From sequence record MG839026.1: DNA of 32,000 nucleotides; one strand, given 5' to 3'. Positions 26,218 through 32,000 of the stretch are shown in pieces; position 1 is the stretch's first letter, and each line of letters opens with the position of its first letter. Made by a program: the position numbers and the translations under genes. The notes beneath the pieces are model-generated. The model was not told where the DNA came from. It made no database searches and saw only the letters and a program-made list of their open reading frames with translations. This DNA comes from Microbacterium phage Superfresh.

Positions 26218-26981
26218 GACTGCTGCTCCTGTGCCTTCTCGCGGGCGATGGTCTGGTCCATCCACTGCCGACGGGCCAGGCGCTCGAGCTTGTCGTCGAC
26301 CTCGTGAGCGGCCTTCTCGAGCAGCTCGTGGTGACGAGGGTAGACGTGCAGGTTGCCGACCTGGAACGTGATGTCGCCGCGCTCCAGCTCAGGGTAGATG
26401 GTCTCGAGGGAACCCAGGAGCCAGTTCATGAGGTAGTCCCACATCGAGTAGTCCGCCCGGTAGCCCCAGACGGCATCCATCGAACGCATCTGGGCCACGA
26501 TGTGCAGGCGGTCCTGGTGGTCGATGTAGACGTTCAGCGCGTTCGTGCAGATGAAGTCGTTCCGGCCGTTCTTGTGAGCCAGCGTGTGGATGTCCCGGTC
26601 GCTGATGATGGCGACCGCGTGGCGCGTGTGCTTGCCCTCCTGGATGAAGGCGTTCACGATCCGGTCGGCGAGCGTGGGCTGCGGGGGAAGCTCCTCGCCC
26701 CGGCCGAACAGGATGTGGCCATACGCCGAGTTGACCGCACCGTCCCAGCCTGCGCAAGCCTGGAACGCCTGCGGGACGGGTCCTTCCATGTCGGCCAGCA
26801 GGTTCGAGCCGGAGGCGAACCAGTCCAGCTCGCGGCGGACCCAGTCCTCGTTGACCTTGCCGATCATCGAGTCGTTCGTGGCGATCCAGCTCGCCGAGTA
26901 CAGCACCCGGTTGCCGGTGCGGGGGTCGATGGGAGCGCTGGCCAGGGCCAGCACCATGTCATCTGAAGTGAAGCGCAGCAT
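26214..26981 (-). CDS. Thymidylate synthase superfamily protein, candidate deoxynucleotide (dCMP?) hydroxymethylase
   Basis: TRHAVAIISDRD; FICTNA (catalytic Cys region); QMRSMDAVWGYRAD (RSxD....G...N/D); VGNLHVYPRH (HxY). Confidence 0.75.
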   Translation of the reverse strand: MLRFTSDDMVLALASAPIDPRTGNRVLYSASWIATNDSMIGKVNEDWVRRELDWFASGSNLLADMEGPVPQAFQACAGWDGAVNSAYGHILFGRGEELPPQPTLADRIVNAFIQEGKHTRHAVAIISDRDIHTLAHKNGRNDFICTNALNVYIDHQDRLHIVAQMRSMDAVWGYRADYSMWDYLMNWLLGSLETIYPELERGDITFQVGNLHVYPRHHELLEKAAHEVDDKLERLARRQWMDQTIAREKAQEQQS

Positions 26982-27027
26982 GTGTCCTCCTTGGACGATT
27001 GTCGGGCCGGGGCTGGCCCTAGGTGTA

Positions 27028-27056
27028 AGTTTAGCGCATAGATTCTTCTTGAGCAA
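27028..27056 (-). promoter_or_regulatory. Promoter TTGCTC-N17-TAAACT
   Basis: Precedes the TS-superfamily gene and the long operon below it. Confidence 0.6.
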
Positions 27057-27063
27057 CCACGAG

Positions 27064-27094
27064 GGGAGGCCTACCCGCGCTAGGCAGGCCTCCC
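27064..27094 (-). terminator. Hairpin terminator
   Basis: GGGAGGCCT/AGGCCTCCC 9-bp stem downstream of the 27101-27313 gene. Confidence 0.65.
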
Positions 27095-27100
27095 AGGGCC

Positions 27101-27313
27101 TCAGGCCTCCTCAATCTCCCAGTAGGAGTCCTCCGTCAAGGTGTCGCCGTAGGCAGGCTCGATGTAGAGGCCGGTGTAGCATCCCTGCTCCGGGTCCCAG
27201 GGAAAGCGGCGACCCTCGACCTCGACCCACTCGGGGGTCTCGAAGGGCTCCATCCCGGGACCGAAGGGGACCATCGGGCCGAAGGTGGGCTTGGACTGCG
27301 GTGTGTGCGTCAT
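27101..27313 (-). CDS. Small acidic hypothetical protein, leaderless
   Basis: MTHTPQSKPTFG... starts 6 nt after a perfect TATAAT. Confidence 0.75.
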   Translation of the reverse strand: MTHTPQSKPTFGPMVPFGPGMEPFETPEWVEVEGRRFPWDPEQGCYTGLYIEPAYGDTLTEDSYWEIEEA

Positions 27314-27319
27314 AGTTAG

Positions 27320-27348
27320 ATTATAGCACATCCTCTAGATTGGCGCAA
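27320..27348 (-). promoter_or_regulatory. Promoter TTGCGC-N17-TATAAT (leaderless class)
   Basis: Perfect -10. Confidence 0.8.
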
Positions 27349-27354
27349 GCCCTA

Positions 27355-27384
27355 GGGGCAGGAATCCCGGTGGACCCCTGCCCC
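27355..27384 (-). terminator. Hairpin terminator
   Basis: GGGGCAGG/CCTGCCCC 8-bp stem downstream of the 27392-27616 gene. Confidence 0.6.
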
Positions 27385-27391
27385 GTGCGGC

Positions 27392-27616
27392 CTACTTGCG
27401 GAAGATGTCCCGCCGACCGTTGTGCGAGGCCCAGATGAGGAAGCCGTCGACCTCGTCGGTGGGCCGCTGGGTGTAGAGGCCGAGCTCGCTGATCGAGCAC
27501 TCCTCCATGATCAGCTGCTGTGCCTGGCGGAGCAGAACGACCGCGTTCGTCTCGTCTGCACCCTCCTGAACCATGAGCTGCGAGACCAGGGCCTCGGTGA
27601 TGCTGATGCTGTCCAT
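27392..27616 (-). CDS. Small hypothetical protein
   Basis: CAGGAGGTAAC RBS; start MDSISITEAL. Confidence 0.7.
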   Translation of the reverse strand: MDSISITEALVSQLMVQEGADETNAVVLLRQAQQLIMEECSISELGLYTQRPTDEVDGFLIWASHNGRRDIFRK

Positions 27617-27648
27617 CTTGTTACCTCCTGTGGTGTGTTGGTACTTAG

Positions 27649-27677
27649 ATTTTAGCACGGCCTCGAGGTTTCCGCAA
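27649..27677 (-). promoter_or_regulatory. Promoter TTGCGG-N17-TAAAAT (leadered class)
   Basis: Consensus match and AAGTACCAACACACCACAGGAGG leader. Confidence 0.75.
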
Positions 27678-27680
27678 ACC

Positions 27681-28037
27681 CTATTCCGCGGTTTCCTCAA
27701 GAAACTTTTCCGTGACCCGGAGGCGCTCCCTCAGGCTGAGGGGTCGGTGCGAGTGGCTGATGTACCCGTAGTACTCAGGGTAGGTGTGCCGAGCCTGCTC
27801 GATGCCGCAGGAGGCGCACACAGAGAGCCTCTTAGTAAGCTCATCCCCCAGCCGCTTGTCCCGTTCCTCGGGCGTCTCGGGCTTCGGCTCAGGAGCCTCG
27901 TAGTGTGGCCGGGGCGAGTCTCCGCCGCTCCGCAGCAGGCCGCTCAGGACACGAACCTGCCGCGCGTTGAGCGGGGGAGCGTCAGCCAGGCAACGGTCGA
28001 CAGCCGCTTGTATCTGGTCAGCCTTAGTCGTAGGCAT
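27681..28037 (-). CDS. Hypothetical protein with CxxC motif
   Basis: 118 aa; RBS AAGGAG. Confidence 0.6.
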   Translation of the reverse strand: MPTTKADQIQAAVDRCLADAPPLNARQVRVLSGLLRSGGDSPRPHYEAPEPKPETPEERDKRLGDELTKRLSVCASCGIEQARHTYPEYYGYISHSHRPLSLRERLRVTEKFLEETAE

Positions 28038-28064
28038 GGTTCTCCTTGGTTGGAGGGGGAGACC

Positions 28065-28088
28065 CGCAGGCCTCCCCCGTGTGATCTA
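28065..28088 (-). terminator. Possible hairpin terminator overlapping the end of the 28086-28382 gene
   Basis: GGGGGAG/CTCCCCC 7-bp stem, 10-nt loop. Confidence 0.4.
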
Positions 28089-28382
28089 GAGCTCGTGCCC
28101 GCAGCTCGGGCAGTAGGTGTCGTCGTCGATCTCCGCACCGCAGGCGGGGCAGTTGTCGGGGCTTGCGTCGCTGATGGTGACCTCGTCGCCCATCGTCTCG
28201 AAGCTACCGAAGCCAGCACCGTAGCGCTGCCCGTTGGCGATGACCACCTTCGCGTCCTCCCCGAACTCCTCGATGGCCTGCTGGATGTCGGCCAGCAGGG
28301 AGGCCAGCGTGACCTCGGTGTGGATCTGGTCCGGCGCGTAGCCCTGGTTGTCGTTGACTCCGATGAGAACCGTCTTGGCCAT
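28086..28382 (-). CDS. Zinc-ribbon small protein
   Basis: C-terminal CPACGAEIDDDTYCPSCGHEL. Confidence 0.75.
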   Translation of the reverse strand: MAKTVLIGVNDNQGYAPDQIHTEVTLASLLADIQQAIEEFGEDAKVVIANGQRYGAGFGSFETMGDEVTISDASPDNCPACGAEIDDDTYCPSCGHEL

Positions 28383-28419
28383 GATACCCTCCTCAGGGTG
28401 TTGTGTGTTGGTAAGTTAG

Positions 28420-28448
28420 ATTTTAGCACGGATCGAGGTTTGGCGCAA
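28420..28448 (-). promoter_or_regulatory. Promoter TTGCGC-N17-TAAAAT (leadered class)
   Basis: Consensus match, ACTTACCAACACAC leader, GAGGAGG RBS. Confidence 0.75.
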
Positions 28449-28473
28449 ACCCTAACTCGACCCGTGCTGCGGT

Positions 28474-28668
28474 TTACTCGAAGCCCATTGCCAGGAACGA
28501 CCACTGGTCGCGGCTGAGGCTGGTGGTGCCATCCGCGTTGATGCCACGGAAGTAGTACCCGGTGAACTGATCGAACTCCTCCTGGGTCCACCCGTTGTCG
28601 TCCATGAGGTACTTGCGGAGCTCCTCGAGGGTGGGAGCCTGTTCGTTGAGCGGTGTGTTGTTTGACAT
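28474..28668 (-). CDS. Small hypothetical protein, leaderless
   Basis: MSNNTPLNEQAPTLEEL starts 6 nt after -10 TAAAAT. Confidence 0.75.
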   Translation of the reverse strand: MSNNTPLNEQAPTLEELRKYLMDDNGWTQEEFDQFTGYYFRGINADGTTSLSRDQWSFLAMGFE

Positions 28669-28674
28669 AACTAG

Positions 28675-28703
28675 ATTTTACCCTATCCTCGAGGTTTCCG
28701 CAA
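28675..28703 (-). promoter_or_regulatory. Promoter TTGCGG-N17-TAAAAT (leaderless class)
   Basis: Consensus match. Confidence 0.75.
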
Positions 28704-28706
28704 GTC

Positions 28707-29012
28707 TTAGTCGTCGTTGATCATGCCGACGAAGTTCTCACGCAGCATAGCGTCGAACAGCTCGCGGGCTTCCAAGGGGATGCTGTCCAGTGCAGCCATC
28801 CGGTTGAGCAGGTTTTCGAAGGTGTCCTTTTCCATACCTAGATTATTGCTGATGCGCTCGATTTCCGCAAGCTGCGCTCTAAAATACTTCGCGACATGGC
28901 GGTCCCAGTACCGATACCAGGCCAGCCGGTCGCCGTCCATAGGTGTGGCCCGGCCGAAGGTCCAGAGGGAGCTGGCCTGTGCTACGGTCAGCTCCCTCCA
29001 GACCTCGTTCAT
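28707..29012 (-). CDS. Small hypothetical protein with an internal leaderless start at 28835
   Basis: ATGA overlap with upstream stop at 29009-29012; in-frame internal ATG (MEKDTFENLL) lies 6 nt after -10 AATAAT. Confidence 0.55.
   Translation of the reverse strand: MNEVWRELTVAQASSLWTFGRATPMDGDRLAWYRYWDRHVAKYFRAQLAEIERISNNLGMEKDTFENLLNRMAALDSIPLEARELFDAMLRENFVGMINDD
28842..28870 (-). promoter_or_regulatory. Promoter TTGCGG-N17-AATAAT (leaderless class), internal to 28707-29012
   Basis: Consensus match. Confidence 0.6.
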
Positions 29013-29194
29013 GCCGACCCTGTCAGCCGCTTAGCGCACCGACGGCAGATGATCTCCGTGATGGGCTTGCTCTGGTACGCGCGGCTCCAGAAGACGACGC
29101 TCAGGCCACATACCGTGTGAAGCCCGTCGTCCGCCAGAGCGTGCTGGAGGGTGGGACGGCCCTTGCCCGTGCGGGCCAGAATGTAGGTCGCCAT
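29009..29194 (-). CDS. Small Cys-containing hypothetical protein
   Basis: 61 aa, VCGL...ICRRCAKRL; overlaps downstream start. Confidence 0.6.
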   Translation of the reverse strand: MATYILARTGKGRPTLQHALADDGLHTVCGLSVVFWSRAYQSKPITEIICRRCAKRLTGSA

Positions 29195-29196
29195 GA

Positions 29197-29928
29197 TCAG
29201 GCCTCGATCCCGCGACCCTGGGTCATCGACCGCTCGCCCGTGTTGGCCTCCCGGCCTGCCCGGTAGCCGTGGCCCGCAGCAGCGTCCTGACCAGTCGCGT
29301 TACGGCTCCGGCCCTTGCGGGTCGCGATGCCGTCCATGTGCTCGTCGACCTTCGCCTTCCGGCTGACCAGGACGAGCTCAGTGCCCGTGCTCGACTCCTG
29401 CACAGCCTGGCGACGGCCCTCGGCGATACGCGAGCCAGCGCCCGACCCGAAGCCGTGCACGAAGGAGCGACGCTTCTTCTCCTGGTCGTAGTTCGACAGG
29501 TAGCTGAGGCCCTCCTTGTGCTCCTTCCACCAGTTCCGCACGGCGACCATCGCCTGGAGCTGGAGGCTCCGGATGAGGATCTCGGCCTGCTCCACGTCCG
29601 ACTCGAAGCCGACGAGGTAGAAGCTGAAGACCTTGCCCTTGCCTCCGGTGTACTGCATGGCGCGGAGGGTGCCGAGGCCCCAGACGACGCTGGAGCAGAG
29701 GTTGAGCATCTCGCCCCGGTAGGCACCGGTGAAGTCGAGACGCTTCTCGATGATCTTCTCGCCGGTCTTGCCCTCCTTGGCCCGACGCTCGTCGATGACC
29801 GCCTGGTCGATCGAGTACTTGATCATGAGCTTGGACGCGGCCTCGAGGAGCGCCTGTGCTTCCTCGGGGGTCGTGCTCTCCGCCTTAGCGAGAAGCTGGG
29901 CGATGAGGTCGATCTTCTTTTCGGACAT
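29197..29928 (-). CDS. DUF2786-like protein
   Basis: LIAQLLAKAESTTPEEAQALLEAASKLMIKYSID is the typical DUF2786 N-terminus. Confidence 0.75.
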   Translation of the reverse strand: MSEKKIDLIAQLLAKAESTTPEEAQALLEAASKLMIKYSIDQAVIDERRAKEGKTGEKIIEKRLDFTGAYRGEMLNLCSSVVWGLGTLRAMQYTGGKGKVFSFYLVGFESDVEQAEILIRSLQLQAMVAVRNWWKEHKEGLSYLSNYDQEKKRRSFVHGFGSGAGSRIAEGRRQAVQESSTGTELVLVSRKAKVDEHMDGIATRKGRSRNATGQDAAAGHGYRAGREANTGERSMTQGRGIEA

Positions 29929-29965
29929 GTTAGCCTCCTCAGGCTCTGGTGTGTTGGTAAGTTCA

Positions 29966-29995
29966 AGTTTAGCACGGGGTTGAGGTTGAGCGCAA
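29966..29995 (-). promoter_or_regulatory. Promoter TTGCGC-N18-TAAACT (leadered class)
   Basis: Consensus match with ACTTACCAACACACC leader and GAGGAGG RBS. Confidence 0.65.
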
Positions 29996-30021
29996 ACCCA
30001 AACTCAACCCCACGCTAAACC

Positions 30022-30360
30022 CTACTGGCCGTGCTTCTCGATGTACTCGAACACCGACTGGAGGTCGGGCTCAGCGGCGACCGTGTAGTCGCTGATGAGG
30101 TCCCACTCGTTGCCGCGGACCAGCATGACCCAGTCGTCGTTCTCGGTGAACAGCCAGGCCATGTCCAGGTTGAACACCTGCTCGAGCATCTCGCGCTCGT
30201 TCTTGACCGAGACGTACTCGCCACCGTCGTAGACCTTCACGACAGGGTTGCCAGCAGCACGGAGAGCGCGGTAGACCTTGCGGGTCAGCTTGGCCTCGAC
30301 GGGCGATGCCGCGATGGCGTCGTCGATGAACTTCTGGAAGTCGAAGGTGGTGTCGGTCAT
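30022..30360 (-). CDS. Hypothetical protein
   Basis: Start MTDTTFDF with GAGGAGG RBS. Confidence 0.65.
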   Translation of the reverse strand: MTDTTFDFQKFIDDAIAASPVEAKLTRKVYRALRAAGNPVVKVYDGGEYVSVKNEREMLEQVFNLDMAWLFTENDDWVMLVRGNEWDLISDYTVAAEPDLQSVFEYIEKHGQ

Positions 30361-30396
30361 GATTGCCTCCTCAGGCTGGGTTGTGTCGGTAAGTTG

Positions 30397-30425
30397 ATTA
30401 TTGCTCACTTCGAGCGCTTCCGCAA
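30397..30425 (-). promoter_or_regulatory. Promoter TTGCGG-N17-AATAAT (leadered class)
   Basis: Consensus match; ACTTACCGACACAACC leader. Confidence 0.7.
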
Positions 30426-30764
30426 ACCCTGCTTCGACTTTTCCTTCTGTGCCCGTGCTGCCGTACCGTCCGTAGACCGCGCGGCCTCCAGGTGCTCGAT
30501 GAGGTCCTCGTAGGCCATCTCCTCATGGTCGGCCAGGGCAGACTCCAGCTCGCTGAGGGCGACCGTCGCGATGGCGTGCTGCCTTGCACTCGAGTCGTTG
30601 CGCTCGGGCTTGAGTCCTCGCAGCGCCCAGTACTCCGCCTGCTGGAGCGCCTTCAAGGCCACACCTATTGCTGAGTGACGCTCGGGCGGGACTGAGCCCT
30701 CAGCGACGACCACGCGGGCAATCTCGATGATCATGTCGATGGCAATCCGCCTGTCGGCATTCAC
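30405..30764 (-). CDS. Hypothetical protein
   Basis: 119 aa, coupled to upstream ORF. Confidence 0.6.
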   Translation of the reverse strand: MNADRRIAIDMIIEIARVVVAEGSVPPERHSAIGVALKALQQAEYWALRGLKPERNDSSARQHAIATVALSELESALADHEEMAYEDLIEHLEAARSTDGTAARAQKEKSKQGLRKRSK

Positions 30765-30943
30765 GACTGCCGGATCACAGTCGCCTCATGCTGGATCGTC
30801 GCACCACCCTCGCGGGACTGATAGACGTACCATGAGGCCAGGTCCCTGCCTGCCTCGTTCGCGTACCTGATTCCCGCTTCCGCGGCGTCCTCGCAGTGTG
30901 AGCAGTCGGGGTGCTTCTGCTTGACGGTCCAGCTTTCGGCCAT
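30761..30943 (-). CDS. Small hypothetical protein, first gene of the leftward block
   Basis: Start MAESWTVKQKHPDC with CAGGAG RBS. Confidence 0.65.
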   Translation of the reverse strand: MAESWTVKQKHPDCSHCEDAAEAGIRYANEAGRDLASWYVYQSREGGATIQHEATVIRQS

Positions 30944-30992
30944 GCTGTTCTCCTGTAGTTGTGAGCGGTCCCCCGAATGGGCCGCAGGCACC

Positions 30993-31022
30993 ATCTTAGC
31001 GCTTCGTGTGGCCCCAGCACAA
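30993..31022 (-). promoter_or_regulatory. Promoter-like TTGTGC-N18-TAAGAT
   Basis: Looser match to the same family at the head of the leftward block. Confidence 0.4.
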
Positions 31023-31053
31023 GTAGACTTTCCGCCACCACGCAGCACCCGCC

Positions 31054-31068
31054 TATCTTTTAAAGATA
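31054..31068. repeat. AT-rich palindrome TATCTTT-T-AAAGATA
   Basis: Perfect 7-nt arms in the divergent intergenic region. Confidence 0.75.
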
Positions 31069-31322
31069 ATTACGCGAGCGCGCGCTATATGAAGGATAAA
31101 CACACCTCTACAACCCGAGCGGCTCCGAAGGAGCTAAGCGAGGGTGGAGAGCAGAGAGACAGCAAACGCAGCATCGCCCCGCAGGCCGACTAACACGCTC
31201 GGCTGCTCTCCCGCACCGTATCCTCGCTCACGCCTCCGGCGCGCTCGGACACGATGACGCAGTCCGGCGGACCGTCTAGGTTGCCCGCGTGTCTCGCCGC
31301 TTGCCAGGAGGTAGTGTCGGGC

Positions 31323-31351
31323 TTGCTCATGCGGGAGATGTACGGTAGGCT
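31323..31351 (+). promoter_or_regulatory. Rightward promoter-like TTGCTC-N17-TAGGCT
   Basis: Weak -10, but an ATG (31358) sits exactly 6 nt downstream as in the leaderless class. Confidence 0.3.
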
Positions 31352-31478
31352 TGGTGCATGCCCCGCAATGCGCACTTGACAAGCCTCGAGACCAGGATCG
31401 TGGGCGTCCCTTCGGCCGGACGCTCGGGGGTCGTTCCTGGTCTCGAGCTGGGGGACGGCTCTGGCGTGAGTTTGGGGC

Positions 31479-31507
31479 TTGCGCCAGAGCCGGAGTTCAG
31501 GCAAGGT
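31479..31507 (+). promoter_or_regulatory. Rightward promoter-like TTGCGC-N17-CAAGGT
   Basis: Precedes the 31557 gene; consensus -35 and spacer, weak -10. Confidence 0.4.
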
Positions 31508-31556
31508 TGTTCACAAGGGCAACAACGCTCTAGTTCCACAACTCAAGGAGAACAAG

Positions 31557-32000
31557 ATGTCAGGTCAGGTACTCGAGGCTCCGGTCTCTGCCAGGTTCCA
31601 CGCGAGCGGTCAGCAGGACCGTCGGACGGCTCGACAGGACGGTGTCGTCTGTGTCAACCGGCTCAGGGTCCGCGCTACGGTGCAGAACATCGATGGACAG
31701 TGGGCTGAGGTCAAGCTGTCGGTGAAGGTCGGCGAGGGTTGGTTCCCGCTCGAGGGTGGCAAGCTGAGGGTCGCACGTCGGCGCTCGGGGCAGAGGGAGG
31801 CTCAGGAGCTGTACGTGGTGTCGGCTCTCCGCCGCAGTCTCAGCGCTCATGGTGTGGCCGTGCTCTCGCTGGATGGCTCGGAGCAGAGGGTCGGGGACGG
31901 TGTGACTGACTATCGCTACTGGGCGAGCATGGGGTCGCGGCTGACGTATGCGCTGGAGGTCTCGGAGGCCGGTGTCGTCTCGGTGGTGAACCTGCCCTGA
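31557..32000 (+). CDS. Hypothetical protein
   Basis: AAGGAG RBS, ATG at 31557, stop TGA at 31998-32000; rightward gene divergent from the leftward block. Confidence 0.75.
   Translation: MSGQVLEAPVSARFHASGQQDRRTARQDGVVCVNRLRVRATVQNIDGQWAEVKLSVKVGEGWFPLEGGKLRVARRRSGQREAQELYVVSALRRSLSAHGVAVLSLDGSEQRVGDGVTDYRYWASMGSRLTYALEVSEAGVVSVVNLP

Noticed and set aside
19280-31544. 14-nt match CTAGTTCCACAACT shared by the leaders at 19278-19291 (- strand) and 31530-31543 (+ strand)
   Set aside because: A 14-mer match is expected by chance at this window size; not enough to claim a shared regulatory site.
1-32000. CRISPR arrays, insertion sequences or an integrase
   Set aside because: No regularly spaced direct repeats, transposase or integrase motifs recognised in any supported ORF; lysogeny cannot be inferred from this window.

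Overview
The window is part of a high-GC, tailed-phage (siphovirus-type) genome, probably infecting an actinobacterium. The host call is inference from GC content and architecture. Bases 1-10617 (+ strand) hold late genes: the C-terminal part of a tape measure protein, a distal tail protein, several minor tail proteins including a LamG/prophage-tail protein and a GH18-domain protein, an M15/VanY endolysin, two small membrane proteins (holin candidates) and an orphan ORF. They end at a hairpin terminator facing a long leftward (- strand) block (10685-30943). That block encodes replication, recombination and nucleotide metabolism functions: primase/helicase, VRR-NUC, SSB-like protein with an acidic + SAP-like + basic tail, Sak4-like ATPase, Cas4/RecB-like exonuclease, family A DNA polymerase, SNF2 helicase, 2H phosphoesterase, MazG-like NTPase, dNMP-kinase-like protein, GT-A-like glycosyltransferase, thymidylate-synthase-superfamily protein, and many small ORFs. 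Strongest observations: (1) a set of near-identical promoters TTGCGS-N17-TAWAMT, read by eye, in two classes: a leaderless class with the ATG exactly 6 nt after the -10, and a class with a conserved ACCAACACACC/GAGGAGG leader; (2) a possible DNA-base hypermodification set, in which the TS-family enzyme has Asp where TS has the substrate-selecting Asn (the change seen in dCMP hydroxymethylases), near a MazG-like NTPase, a monophosphate kinase and a glycosyltransferase; (3) a tRNA-like element with a 7/7 acceptor stem and perfect T arm but no canonical anticodon arm, just upstream of the DNA polymerase gene; (4) a 2H phosphoesterase that could be an anti-CBASS (Acb1-like) protein. No computation or database search was run.
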